From: Candidatus Altimarinota bacterium
GTDB taxonomy: Bacteria > Patescibacteriota > Gracilibacteria > 1-14-2-50-48-13
Direction: 5' to 3'
Length of the DNA: 64,000 nt
NCBI GenBank assembly: GCA_046314355.1
Contig: JBKBWQ010000001.1
Location: 768,001 to 832,000 of the forward strand
The notes below the pieces were generated by a model, which saw only the letters and a list, made by a program, of their open reading frames with translations, had not been told where the DNA came from and searched no databases. This document shows positions 31,446 to 41,871 of this stretch, piece after piece. Position 1 is the first letter of the stretch. Each line of letters starts with the position of its first letter. The position numbers and the translations under genes were made by a program.

Positions 31446-32327
31446 TTACTCTATAAACTCTACTTCTTCATGAAGCTCTACTCCAAACTTTTCTTTCACT
31501 TTTCTCTTCATCTCTGAAGCCAGATTTTTTATATCATCTGAAGTAGCACCTCCCGCATTGATCATAAAATTAGCATGTTTTTCAGAGATCTGAGCTCCTC
31601 CAACTCTACTTCCCTTGCCTCCCACCTGATCTACCACAAACCCTGCAGAGTATTCCTTTGTGGGGTTTTTAAAATAAGATCCTCCTGAACTTCCCCATGG
31701 CTGCTTTGCCTTTCTGCTTTTGAGCATCTCCTGCATTTCTGCGAATATTTCCTGAGGATTACCTCCAGGTGTCAGCTCAATAGTTGCCTCAATAATAATT
31801 TCTCTATTCTCTTTTAGTCTGCTGTAGCGGTATGCATACTGAAAATACTCCTGATCAACTGTCTTAAATTCAAGGTTCTCATCCAGCAGTATCGCAGATA
31901 CTACGAAGCTCCCCATCTCGCAGTTTGGTACTCCGGCATTTCCCCGCACCGCTCCTCCAAAAGTACCTGGCACTCCATGAAGCGCTGCAATCCCAATAAG
32001 TCCATTGTCCTTTGCTGCCTTGACTACCAGGGCAAGTACAGTTCCAGATTCTGCTGTTATTTTGGAGTCTTCAACTCTCAGCATATTCATTTCATTCTTT
32101 ATCACTAATCCTGGGAATCCCTTTGAGGATACAAGCACATTACTCCCTCCTCCAAGTATAAAAACAGGAAGAGATTCTTCTTTTGCTATCTCAAGAGCTT
32201 TTTTTAGATCCTCTCGATTTTTTATTATGAGAAAGTATCTTGCGGTTCCTCCAACCCGAAAGGTGGTGTACGGTGCAAGAATTTCATTTTCACGAATGGA
32301 AGGAAATATGCTCAGCAGTTCTGACAT
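31446..32327 (-). CDS. murB: UDP-N-acetylmuramate dehydrogenase
   Basis: TTFRVGG, LGGGSNVL, GVPGTFGGAV.GNAG, GSYFKNP, SEKHANF, LHEEV. Confidence 0.95.
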   Translation of the reverse strand: MSELLSIFPSIRENEILAPYTTFRVGGTARYFLIIKNREDLKKALEIAKEESLPVFILGGGSNVLVSSKGFPGLVIKNEMNMLRVEDSKITAESGTVLALVVKAAKDNGLIGIAALHGVPGTFGGAVRGNAGVPNCEMGSFVVSAILLDENLEFKTVDQEYFQYAYRYSRLKENREIIIEATIELTPGGNPQEIFAEMQEMLKSRKAKQPWGSSGGSYFKNPTKEYSAGFVVDQVGGKGSRVGGAQISEKHANFMINAGGATSDDIKNLASEMKRKVKEKFGVELHEEVEFIE

Positions 32328-32329
32328 AA

Positions 32330-32710
32330 CTAAAAAGATGAGTGTCTATTGATAAAGTAAAGCTCCACAAGAAGAAAGGCTACAAAAAGCAGCACAATAT
32401 TCCACCATGTCACCACTTTTACTATACTAAAGCCTAGAAAGGCCAAACAAAATAGTGCAAGCAGCATCCCTTGTCTCAACGAGATCATGAAATGTATAAA
32501 ATAAGTCTCATGACGATGAACCGCAAGTCTAATAAGAGATCCTATCAAAGCAAAAACGCTTGAGAGACAGATAAAACTGCTCAGAAAAAAGAGTCCAAGG
32601 GAGAGCCACCAAGTCTCGTCAAAGGGACTAAGCCTGTGTAACACAATCCATACTGCTGCTCCGCTTATTAAAGCCGATCCTAATAATAGTGAAAGATATG
32701 ATTTTTTCAT
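32330..32710 (-). CDS. membrane protein
   Basis: Four TM segments with an SLRQG motif; co-oriented between the UDG gene and murB. Confidence 0.75.
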   Translation of the reverse strand: MKKSYLSLLLGSALISGAAVWIVLHRLSPFDETWWLSLGLFFLSSFICLSSVFALIGSLIRLAVHRHETYFIHFMISLRQGMLLALFCLAFLGFSIVKVVTWWNIVLLFVAFLLVELYFINRHSSF

Positions 32711-32725
32711 GAAAGTTCAGAAAAC

Positions 32726-33319
32726 TTAAGATATGAGAGCAAGTATTTTTGGGATTCGCGCAAAATCCTCCTTAAGAGTTTCACGCATCCCGCCATTATA
32801 GAGGGCAACTGCAGGATGATAACATGGGAAGATAATCCGTCCGTCACTTTGGCGTTTTTTTGGTTTACCGTGAACTTCAGATATCTTTACACCGGGTAAA
32901 AACTTTGCCATTGAATACCTACCAAGCGTAATAATAATCTTTGGATTAATCACCATAATCTGAGCTTCAAGATAGTTGTCACATGCTTCAATTTCATTCG
33001 GCTTTGGATCACGGTTCTCAGGAGGACGGCATTTCACTACATTTGTAATATAAATTTTTTCGCGAGAAAGTCCAATGCTTCCCAGAAGTTCGTCTAAAAA
33101 TCTACCTGACGCACCTACAAAAGGTAGTCCCTGAAGATCCTCGTTTTTTCCAGGACCTTCCCCTACGAGCAAAATATCTGTCTGCTGCGTACCCATACCG
33201 GGCACATAGAAGTTATTATTTTCAAACAATTCACATCTTATACAGCCATCAACCTGCTGATGAATCTGTAAAAGTAATTCTGATCCGCTTTCCGGTAATG
33301 CTTTTGGATTAATTGCCAT
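32726..33319 (-). CDS. uracil-DNA glycosylase family 4
   Basis: CIRCEL Fe-S cysteines, GEGPG, PFVG, TNVVKCRPPENR, YHPA. Confidence 0.93.
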   Translation of the reverse strand: MAINPKALPESGSELLLQIHQQVDGCIRCELFENNNFYVPGMGTQQTDILLVGEGPGKNEDLQGLPFVGASGRFLDELLGSIGLSREKIYITNVVKCRPPENRDPKPNEIEACDNYLEAQIMVINPKIIITLGRYSMAKFLPGVKISEVHGKPKKRQSDGRIIFPCYHPAVALYNGGMRETLKEDFARIPKILALIS

Positions 33320-33379
33320 GAAACGAAATAGAGTAATCTGTTACTTAACAGATTACTCTATTTTTCCATCAAGACAATG

Positions 33380-33859
33380 TCACTTTATTTCCTCGACAAG
33401 CTTCGATCCACTTGTCTCACTAAAATCATGGGCATCTTCCACATGCAGAATCACGATCACACTTTTATCAATCAGCATTGAAAAACGTCTTGAGCGCTGC
33501 CCCATGTGATCTGAAGATAAATCCTGTTCTAGTCCAAGGTACTTTATATAGGTACCTGAGCCGTCTGAGAGCATGGTGATTTTGTCACTAGAGCCCAGTG
33601 ACTTCCACCAATTCTCCATTGTATTGGGATCATTGACCGACAAACAATAGATAGCTTCAATCCCTTTGTCCTTGAGGGCATCATAATTATCTAAAAAACT
33701 CTGGTACTGCTGCTCACACATGGGATTGAATGCGCCAGCGATACCAAATAGGACTACTCTTTTGTCATAGAATAAATCATTGGTATACACATCCCTTTCA
33801 CTTCCGTATGTTTTTGTTTGAAGTGTTCCCGAAGGAATAGTGTCATTTATAGCAACCAT
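33380..33859 (-). CDS. peroxiredoxin (Prx5-like redoxin)
   Basis: VVLFGIAGAFNPMC, CLSVND, MLSDG, RSRRFSM. Confidence 0.85.
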   Translation of the reverse strand: MVAINDTIPSGTLQTKTYGSERDVYTNDLFYDKRVVLFGIAGAFNPMCEQQYQSFLDNYDALKDKGIEAIYCLSVNDPNTMENWWKSLGSSDKITMLSDGSGTYIKYLGLEQDLSSDHMGQRSRRFSMLIDKSVIVILHVEDAHDFSETSGSKLVEEIK

Positions 33860-34004
33860 AATGAGGGGGATTACGGATAAGCTCTCGCTTTATTCTACAC
33901 CCATATTAACTTTTATTAAAAGGAATATTCTATTTTCTTTGAAATGATTATCTCGTATGCTACAACTATAATGTTTATCCGAGGGTATCAATAATAGTTA
34001 AAAT

Positions 34005-35219
34005 ATGGCAACGATCCCGCTTCACCGCAACTACTACGTCATCGACGGCAACTCATATCTCTACCGTGCATTTTTTGCCATTCCAAAGTTTTCTACAAAA
34101 GACGGCTTTGTCACCAATGCCATTTACGGCTTTGTAAAAATGCTTCTCAAACTTATGGCAGACAAACACTGTCATGAGATTATTGTAGTATTTGATCACA
34201 AAGGCGGTTCTTTCCGGCAGGAGCAGTTTGTAGAATATAAGGCACATCGTGAGAAAATGCCTGATGAACTGATACCGCAGATACCTTATATTCAAAAATT
34301 TGTAGGGTTACTTGGACTTCCAATACTTGTCATACCTGGAGTAGAGGCTGATGATACGATAGCAACCATTGCCTGTAAGCTAAGAGTAGATGATGAAAAG
34401 CACACATATATTATCACAGGAGATAAAGATATGATGCAGCTCGTACAGCATAATGTGTTCATTTACGACACGATGAAAAATGTCATATATAACCGTGAGG
34501 GAGTAAAACAGAAAATGGGAGTATATCCGGAACAGATACCTGATCTCCTCGGACTTATGGGAGATAGCGCTGATAATATTCCTGGAGTACCGGGAGTAGG
34601 ACCAAAGACCGCCTCAGATCTTCTTTCCAAATATAAAAACATGGAAGAGATCCTGGAGCATGCAGAGGAACAAAAAGGATCTCTGAAAACGAAGCTGGAG
34701 GAAAACCGGGAAATAGCAACGCTAAGCAAACAGCTTGCCATCGTAAAATGCGACGTAGAGATAGAGCATATAGATCTTGCTATGACGGAGCCGCAGATGG
34801 ATGAAATAATAAAGCTTGCAAAAGAACTGGAATTTCATTCCCTTATACGGGAGCTTGAGACTCTAGCAAAGGAACATGGAGGTACAGCCGCTGAACCTGT
34901 CCACGAGCTTCCTAGCTATGTAAAAGAAGAGATGAGTACAGAGTCAGAGTGGAAGAAAAATTTGAAGATCTTTGAAGCAGCTTCTACTTTGTATATAGAT
35001 TGCGATGCTTCAACTATGCATATGTATATGACAGTTGAAGGTAAAGTATATCCCATCGATCTCACTGATGAGAGTCTTCGTGCTCAAGTAAAACATTTTC
35101 TCTCCCAAAGATTTGAGAATAAAAAAGAGTCTCTTGTCTGCTACTCCACAAAACAATTTCTGCACTTTATTGGTACAGAAGTAAAGATCCTATCAAAGGA
35201 TCAAATGTCCATTTTCTAA
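34005..35219 (+). CDS. polA: DNA polymerase I N-terminal part (5'-3' exonuclease/flap nuclease domain)
   Basis: IDGNSYLYRAF, TNAIYGF, YKAHR, EADD, TGDKD, GDSADNIPGVPGVGPKTA; ends QMSIF*. Confidence 0.9.
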   Translation: MATIPLHRNYYVIDGNSYLYRAFFAIPKFSTKDGFVTNAIYGFVKMLLKLMADKHCHEIIVVFDHKGGSFRQEQFVEYKAHREKMPDELIPQIPYIQKFVGLLGLPILVIPGVEADDTIATIACKLRVDDEKHTYIITGDKDMMQLVQHNVFIYDTMKNVIYNREGVKQKMGVYPEQIPDLLGLMGDSADNIPGVPGVGPKTASDLLSKYKNMEEILEHAEEQKGSLKTKLEENREIATLSKQLAIVKCDVEIEHIDLAMTEPQMDEIIKLAKELEFHSLIRELETLAKEHGGTAAEPVHELPSYVKEEMSTESEWKKNLKIFEAASTLYIDCDASTMHMYMTVEGKVYPIDLTDESLRAQVKHFLSQRFENKKESLVCYSTKQFLHFIGTEVKILSKDQMSIF

Positions 35220-35234
35220 TATAAGATCATCTCT

Positions 35235-36641
35235 ATGTTCGATATACAAATAGCTGGTTTTCTATTAGATCCAGCAAGAAGAGAGCCTACACTCTCACAT
35301 TTAGTAGAAAAGCATCTGGATATAATCATCCCTGATGACCATGAAGAGCAGAAAGTTGTGGAAGCTCATTTTATGCCGCAGCTTCAGGAGATCCTGACAA
35401 AGAAATTAAAAGAAGAAGGACTCTATGATGTGTACTCTACGATGGAAGTGCCTCTTTCAGAAGTCCTCTCAGAGATTGAGATCACAGGTATAAAAATAGA
35501 TACTGCCTATCTCAAGGAACTCTCCGTAGAAATGACACGGGATATGCATGTGCTGGAGAAAGAAATTTATAAGATTGCCGATGAAGAGTTCAATATCAAT
35601 TCACCAAAGCAGCTCCAGGTAATTCTCTTTGAAAAATTGAAGCTGAGTTCCTTTAAAAAAACGAAAACTGGATTTTCTACAAACGTACAAGTACTTACGG
35701 AACTTGCAGAAGTACATCCTCTGCCAGCGAAGATTCTTGAGTACCGGCAGTTTCAGAAACTCCTCTCCACCTATGTGGATGTGCTCCCTACCCTAGTGGA
35801 TAGTGAGAACCGCCTCCATACTACATTTAGACAAACCATTGCGGCTACAGGGCGCCTCTCTTCCTCAGATCCGAATCTTCAGAATATCCCTATCAGAACA
35901 GATCTAGGTAGAAAGATACGAAAAGCATTTATCGCAAAAGAAGGATATAAACTTCTCTCCGCAGATTATTCTCAAATCGAGCTTCGTATGCTTGCTCACT
36001 TTTCTGGAGATCCTACACTTATTGAAGCTTTCACTGAGAGTGATACAGATATTCATTCCAAAACCGCAGCTCTTATCTTCAGCAAAACTCCAGAAGAAGT
36101 CACTTCTCAGGAAAGGCGTATAGCCAAGACTGTAAACTTTGGTGTGATTTACGGCATGGGACCTTTCAAGCTTTCACAAGATCTCAAGATCAGCCGAAAG
36201 GAAGCATCAGGATTTATAGAAAGATACTTTGAGACTTACAGCAAAGTAGATAGCTTTATGAAAGGACTAGAAGCTAATGCAAAAGATATAGGATGTCTAC
36301 AGACTCTCTCCGGCAGAAAACGCTACTTCCCAGAACTAAAAAGCAGCAACCGCGTACTCTACGAAGCAGCAAAACGAGAAGCCATCAACTTCCCTATCCA
36401 AGGATCCGCAGCGGATCTTATCAAGATTGCAATGCTGAATGTAGCAGCAGAGTTAAAGAAAAGAAAACTCTCTTCCCGTATGGTGCTCCAAATCCATGAC
36501 GAACTGCTCGTCGAAGTAAAAGAGGAAGAGGCAAAGGAAGTGACACATCTTCTCGTTGAGGAAATGCAGAATGTCTTAAAGCTTAAAGTACCGCTGAAAG
36601 TAGAGGCTGGGATTGGAGACAACTGGCTTGATGCACACTAG
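35235..36641 (+). CDS. polA: DNA polymerase I C-terminal part (family A polymerase domain)
   Basis: TGRLSSSDPNLQNIP, ADYSQIELR, KTVNFGVIYG, QGSAAD, QIHDEL; in frame with the upstream part after a TAA. Confidence 0.92.
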   Translation: MFDIQIAGFLLDPARREPTLSHLVEKHLDIIIPDDHEEQKVVEAHFMPQLQEILTKKLKEEGLYDVYSTMEVPLSEVLSEIEITGIKIDTAYLKELSVEMTRDMHVLEKEIYKIADEEFNINSPKQLQVILFEKLKLSSFKKTKTGFSTNVQVLTELAEVHPLPAKILEYRQFQKLLSTYVDVLPTLVDSENRLHTTFRQTIAATGRLSSSDPNLQNIPIRTDLGRKIRKAFIAKEGYKLLSADYSQIELRMLAHFSGDPTLIEAFTESDTDIHSKTAALIFSKTPEEVTSQERRIAKTVNFGVIYGMGPFKLSQDLKISRKEASGFIERYFETYSKVDSFMKGLEANAKDIGCLQTLSGRKRYFPELKSSNRVLYEAAKREAINFPIQGSAADLIKIAMLNVAAELKKRKLSSRMVLQIHDELLVEVKEEEAKEVTHLLVEEMQNVLKLKVPLKVEAGIGDNWLDAH

Positions 36642-36741
36642 AAGTTTCACCCCCTATCCTCATACCTTATCATTATCCTCATCCTTTTTTTAGGCTCTTA
36701 GGATAAGGATAGGGATGAGGATAAGAATTATGGTTGGGCTC

Positions 36742-37218
36742 TTACTCCTGACTAGCTCCTGGTGTTTTTCTTTCTTTCCACCAAAGATACCCTACAAGAC
36801 CTACTCCACCAATCGTCACAAAACTATCCGCCACATTAAATACAGGGAAAGATCCTATACTGATAAAATCCACCACGAATCCTCTGAATATTCTATCTAT
36901 AGCATTGCCTAGTGCTCCTCCTAGGATCATCATTACACATACGTAGAGATAAATATCCTGATATACCTTATACTTTTTGATAGCATAGATAATAAGTCCC
37001 AATAGGATTATAGTCACGATCTGCAGTGGAAGACCAGTGAGCGGTAGAGAGAAAGCAATACCTCTATTCTCCACGTAGAAGAGCTTCAGAAAATCGGGAA
37101 TAACTATAATCTCAGGTTTATAAGTAGCAAAACACCATTTCGTAATCTGGTCTGCAATGATAATATCAGTACAAAAACCACTTGCGAGCATGATCTGGGT
37201 ACGGGATGGAATTGCCAT
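36742..37218 (-). CDS. lspA: lipoprotein signal peptidase II
   Basis: DQITK, NRGIAFS, GGALGNAIDR, VVDFI, FNVADS. Confidence 0.95.
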   Translation of the reverse strand: MAIPSRTQIMLASGFCTDIIIADQITKWCFATYKPEIIVIPDFLKLFYVENRGIAFSLPLTGLPLQIVTIILLGLIIYAIKKYKVYQDIYLYVCVMMILGGALGNAIDRIFRGFVVDFISIGSFPVFNVADSFVTIGGVGLVGYLWWKERKTPGASQE

Positions 37219-37267
37219 GAGAAGAAAAGTGAATAAAAGTGCAGCAACTATAACAGATTTCTAAATA

Positions 37268-37303
37268 AAAAAAAGCTGCTGCGTTTGACGCAGCAGCTTT
37301 TTT
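37268..37303. terminator. intrinsic terminator
   Basis: AAAAAAGCTGCTGCGT-TTG-ACGCAGCAGCTTTTTT. Confidence 0.75.
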
Positions 37304-37319
37304 AGTACTTTTCCGGAGA

Positions 37320-37601
37320 TTAATACAAAGAGATATTCATATTTGTATTCATTGCATCCATCATCATTCGCTCGTTCATCATGGCTCCAGACATAGTCAT
37401 AGAGTTCATGTTCATCATCATAGCATTTGTATTCATCATGTCATCCATAGCCATACCATTAGCGTTTACTTCAATAGTCGCTGGTACAGTGGCAGTGTTT
37501 ACATTCATATTCGTGTCAGTATTAGCACCACAGCTAGTAACGAACACAAGTCCAAACATAGCTACTGTAGCAAGTTTTGCATTGAGGTTCATAGTTTCCA
37601 A
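37320..37601 (-). CDS. small Met/Asn-rich lipoprotein
   Basis: Lipobox VTSC; low-complexity MMNTNAMMMNMNSMTMSGAMM. Confidence 0.7.
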   Translation of the reverse strand: METMNLNAKLATVAMFGLVFVTSCGANTDTNMNVNTATVPATIEVNANGMAMDDMMNTNAMMMNMNSMTMSGAMMNERMMMDAMNTNMNISLY

Positions 37602-37704
37602 GTAACAATTATAAAAAGCAAAGGGATCATACTATGAGGCTCTGAGTATGTCAATTTTGCCCCAACAAAGATATTTCCATATAGTGAAAATACGTGTCTA
37701 GTAG

Positions 37705-37740
37705 TAAAAGCCCCGCCATACAAGTACGGCGGGGCTTTTA
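37705..37740. terminator. intrinsic terminator
   Basis: TAAAAGCCCCGCC...GGCGGGGCTTTTA. Confidence 0.75.
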
Positions 37741-37752
37741 GATTATTTTCTC

Positions 37753-40700
37753 TTAATATCCTTTCACTAATACTATTATCTTCGCCGCCTCTGCTCTTGT
37801 GAGCTTGTTTCCTGGGAAGAATACTCCAAGAGAATTTCCATCTGAATCCTTGTATCCATTTACGATTCCCATTTCATATGCAAAGTGGATGTATCTTGCA
37901 AACCATTCATCTGACGGAACATCAGTGAATACATCTGAAAGCCCGCTATGAATTTCCAAATCACTGAAAACTGTTCTTAAGATAAGCTTGAGAGCTTCTG
38001 CTCTGTTCACAAGATCATAAGGTCTGAATGTATTATCAGAGTATCCTTCAATCCATCCTTTTGCCTTTGCTACTCTCACAGCAAGGTCGAACCACTCAGG
38101 ATTCACATCTGAGAAAGGTTTTCCAGTCATGTTTGTATTCATTGGTACTTTCTTTCCGTCACATCCGAAGAGCATCTGTACGAGCTCTGAACGTGCTACA
38201 TAGGTATTTGGTCTGAATTCACCTAAAAGATTACCTGCTGCATCTTTATATCCTGTGAGACCGCATTTTGCAGCAAGTTTGAGAATATACATTTCTCCCC
38301 AATGTCCGCTAATATCATTGAATTTCATATCAGAATTACTGGAGGATCCGCCAGTACCTGTATTTCCATTCGTATTTGTACTAGTGCTTCCGCTTCCAGT
38401 AGCTGTAGAACCAGTGTTTGTATTAGTATTTCCCCCAGTACTCTGAGTTCCCTGAGCTGTTCCCACAGTTGAAGAAGTTCCTCCACCTCCACCACCTCCT
38501 CCTCCGCTTCCAGCAGTTGGAGTAGAAGAATTTTCAGCTACATTAAATGTTACGCTGTAGAGACTTGTTGCATCATTCTCAGCTGTCACTTCAATAGTTG
38601 CGGTATCACTTAAAGTCGCAGCTTGATTAGCAACCATAGTTGCTCCGGAGTTTGACACCACTCCAGAGATTGTTGGCACTGTCGTAGTCCCTGCAGGGAG
38701 ATAAACTACATAGGTATATGTAGATGGTGAGAAAGCTGGAACAAGGCTTCCTGACGATGTTGTAAGAGAGCTAAGAGTTGCATCTCCATTAGCTTGTGAA
38801 AAAGTAATCAAACCAAGTGCTGCATTATCAGGCTGATGAACCATTTTAAGTTCTATAAGATTCGCAGCAAGCAGACCTGCAAAATTATTTACTGTAGCCG
38901 TAACGTTACCTGCATAAGGTGCTCCTGTTGTCATAGAAGCTCCATTGGAAGCAGCATATTCAGGATAAGCAGTAGTCTGCGTCTGAGAATTCGCAAAGGT
39001 CTGATCATCGAGTTTAATAAAATTTCCAAGTGAAGCAGCAAATGTATTCTTTGTATTAGCTGTACCGCCGAAGACTACAGTACCGTACGTTGCTCCAGTG
39101 GAATTGTGGTTAAGGAATGTTACACCATTACCATTCGTACCATTAAAAGTATTCTTATTAAAAGTAATGTCCATTGCTCTAGGCGCAATCATACCGCTTG
39201 TGATTACCTTATTTGTGATCACAATATTATCAAAGGTACTGAGAGATGCCTCAGGAGTAAATGTATTTCCTTCAATAGTTACATTTGTGGAATTTGCATT
39301 ATTGATAGCCACTCTATGCTTTGTAAATGTATTATTTTTTACAAGTACTGGAGCTGAAGAAACGTTCTTTATGAGAAGACTCTGAAGTCCAGGTGTCTTT
39401 GGAGCAAAGGTATTTGCCTCAATAGTGATATTCCCACCTGAATTTGGCTCTGTAATATCAATACCCGCCCCCTGTATTTCATTGTATGAAATCTCCAATG
39501 GACCATTAGAAAATTGACTTAAGATATCATTATAGGAAAAAATAGTATTTTTCTTATCATCTGCTCCTCCGATAACTCCACGTACCTGTGCAACATAGAT
39601 CCCTCGTCCAACAAAGGGAGTCTGCGCATCAACACCATAAACTGTATTTCCATAAATATTTACCTCTGTAGTTGTTCCTGTTACTTCTATACCATGTGAT
39701 CTCCATGGAGCATTTACATCCATGATGAGATTATCATGAATAGTAACAAGTCCAGGAATATTGGTTGCCTTTATACCATTTTGCGCACTAGCATTTGTGA
39801 GCTGAATGGTAAGATGATGTATATTCACATCTGCAGCCGTAATACTTACTATACTAGTACCATTACCAGTAAGGACAGTACCTCCTCCACTCTCACTACC
39901 TGCTATTTCAAGTGATTTATTGATCGTGATATTCTCTGGAAAAGTTCCCTCAGCAATGCTAATCACATTTCCGTTCTGAGTTACCATATCGTCAATGGCA
40001 CTCTGAATAGTACAGAATGAAACACCCTTTGTAGTGTTCTCTGCCACGATAGTTCCTGCTACACCTACTGTTCGTGGAGTAACGCCTCCATTATCATAGA
40101 TGTTAGCACATACCACTGGAGAATTTCCTCGTCCAAAGTATTGATCAGAAATATTACTCTGATCTCCGTCTGATCCTGGAGCGGTTGAACTTACTCCCAT
40201 AACATAAGGTGTATGACCTGCTTGCTGCTGAAGATCTACATCATTGCCGCTAAGTTCATTTCCGTAGACGGTCATCGCAACTCCCTCCACCACAATACCA
40301 AATCCTTCACTAGTGCTCGGTTGTACATAACCTGATACTTCATTATTTTTTAGTACAACACCTCTTGGGATATCAGCATTATTATTTGCTGCTATCCATC
40401 CTCTTCTCATAACTGCTATGCCTGCCATGTCTCTGACATCTCCACTTGCAATGGGACCTGTCATACTCACTTTATTCCCAGAAACAACAATACTACCATC
40501 ACCAGATTCTGCTCCAGTACCATTTGGGACCTTGATTTCAATTCCGAATCGTCCGTTATTTGTCAGGATATTATCTGCAATAATGTTTGCACCTGCTCCA
40601 GAAGTCAGTCCTGTTGCAGCAATTCCATTATCAGTATTACCAGTAACTGTATTTCGTGAAATATTTACTCCTGAAGCTGAACCATCCTGAAGCTCGATAC

Positions 40701-41322
40701 CGCAACAGTTATTTCCAGTTACCGTATTATCTGTAATTGTAATGTTTTTCTTAAATCCGTTCCAGATAACAATACCTCGTGTCTTGTTATTAGAAGAAAT
40801 TACATGAGTAATAGTGACTCCATCAACTGGTCCATTAGCATAGATACCCGCAGGGTTTGATCCACCTGAGATACCATTACCACTAACCGTAGTGTTATTA
40901 ATATTTAATCCGTTGTTTCCTCCATTCGCGTGAATACCACTTCCCATAGTAAAGTTCTGAACAACGAGATTTGCTATCTCAACATTTATCGTACCAGTAG
41001 TGATAAAAATTCCATTACCAGCCTTTGAAGTACCATCGATAATAGTACCTGTCCCAGTTCCCACTAGCTGAAGCGTCTTACTTACAGTTACATTTTCATT
41101 ATATGTACCTGCATCAATTTGAATAATATCACCTGCCGTGGCAGCATCTATTGCAGCTTGAATTGTTGTATATGTTTGTGTTGGTCCAACATTGTGGGTA
41201 GTAGGTCCTACCGCTTGTGCTACAAAAAAACTGACGGACATGATAGCTGCAGCTGCGACAAAAAACGTACGAAGAGACGTGCGATTCATTCGCATCCACA
41301 TGCTTTGAGTAGTCAAATTCAT
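37753..41322 (-). CDS. large surface protein: parallel beta-helix (pectin-lyase-like) repeats, cadherin-like beta-sandwich and SLH domains
   Basis: TIQAAIDAA...GTYNE cap (twice), NNxxxGI repeats, DATLSSL...FSPSTYTY, Gly/Thr linker, three SLH repeats. Confidence 0.85.
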   Translation of the reverse strand: MNLTTQSMWMRMNRTSLRTFFVAAAAIMSVSFFVAQAVGPTTHNVGPTQTYTTIQAAIDAATAGDIIQIDAGTYNENVTVSKTLQLVGTGTGTIIDGTSKAGNGIFITTGTINVEIANLVVQNFTMGSGIHANGGNNGLNINNTTVSGNGISGGSNPAGIYANGPVDGVTITHVISSNNKTRGIVIWNGFKKNITITDNTVTGNNCCGIELQDGSASGVNISRNTVTGNTDNGIAATGLTSGAGANIIADNILTNNGRFGIEIKVPNGTGAESGDGSIVVSGNKVSMTGPIASGDVRDMAGIAVMRRGWIAANNNADIPRGVVLKNNEVSGYVQPSTSEGFGIVVEGVAMTVYGNELSGNDVDLQQQAGHTPYVMGVSSTAPGSDGDQSNISDQYFGRGNSPVVCANIYDNGGVTPRTVGVAGTIVAENTTKGVSFCTIQSAIDDMVTQNGNVISIAEGTFPENITINKSLEIAGSESGGGTVLTGNGTSIVSITAADVNIHHLTIQLTNASAQNGIKATNIPGLVTIHDNLIMDVNAPWRSHGIEVTGTTTEVNIYGNTVYGVDAQTPFVGRGIYVAQVRGVIGGADDKKNTIFSYNDILSQFSNGPLEISYNEIQGAGIDITEPNSGGNITIEANTFAPKTPGLQSLLIKNVSSAPVLVKNNTFTKHRVAINNANSTNVTIEGNTFTPEASLSTFDNIVITNKVITSGMIAPRAMDITFNKNTFNGTNGNGVTFLNHNSTGATYGTVVFGGTANTKNTFAASLGNFIKLDDQTFANSQTQTTAYPEYAASNGASMTTGAPYAGNVTATVNNFAGLLAANLIELKMVHQPDNAALGLITFSQANGDATLSSLTTSSGSLVPAFSPSTYTYVVYLPAGTTTVPTISGVVSNSGATMVANQAATLSDTATIEVTAENDATSLYSVTFNVAENSSTPTAGSGGGGGGGGGTSSTVGTAQGTQSTGGNTNTNTGSTATGSGSTSTNTNGNTGTGGSSSNSDMKFNDISGHWGEMYILKLAAKCGLTGYKDAAGNLLGEFRPNTYVARSELVQMLFGCDGKKVPMNTNMTGKPFSDVNPEWFDLAVRVAKAKGWIEGYSDNTFRPYDLVNRAEALKLILRTVFSDLEIHSGLSDVFTDVPSDEWFARYIHFAYEMGIVNGYKDSDGNSLGVFFPGNKLTRAEAAKIIVLVKGY

Positions 41323-41421
41323 GAGGTGTAATGTTTTAAATATAAAATTAGCCTAATATATACTTATCACGTATCTACATCTTTGTCAAAATATCAAAAC
41401 TTTGCTCTAGCAAAGGCTCTA

Positions 41422-41751
41422 CTAATATGAAGGTAACTGAATTTTATCTAATCCTGGTATAGACTGCAGATTTACTGATGGAAGAGTTGGGACACTTTTC
41501 TCTACTCTTGTAAGGGTATCGTTGAGAAGATTAGTCGCAAATAAAAATAAACTATATGCAATAAAAGCCATGATAGCGTATTTTACTATACTAAATACAA
41601 TCTCAAGAGTACTCCAGATCCTTCTATTTCTTCTATCTTCTTGTAGATGGGTAAGAATTTGTCTTAAAAGTACTGTCTGTTCCCGAAGCTGATCCTCTGA
41701 AGAGGCAGGTACACTAGACGTTTCAGTAGTTGTGGTAGGCAATGTATCCAT
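41422..41751 (-). CDS. single-TM hypothetical protein
   Basis: One hydrophobic segment. Confidence 0.6.
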   Translation of the reverse strand: MDTLPTTTTETSSVPASSEDQLREQTVLLRQILTHLQEDRRNRRIWSTLEIVFSIVKYAIMAFIAYSLFLFATNLLNDTLTRVEKSVPTLPSVNLQSIPGLDKIQLPSY

Positions 41752-41871
41752 AATTTATTCTCAAAAAATACTATCTCTAGTATAAAATGAAAATGATCAA
41801 ACGCCAGGCGCTCTTTTGCTTTCTAGGTAGAAAGAAATACGCTACAATAGTCTTACACTCATCAAACTACT

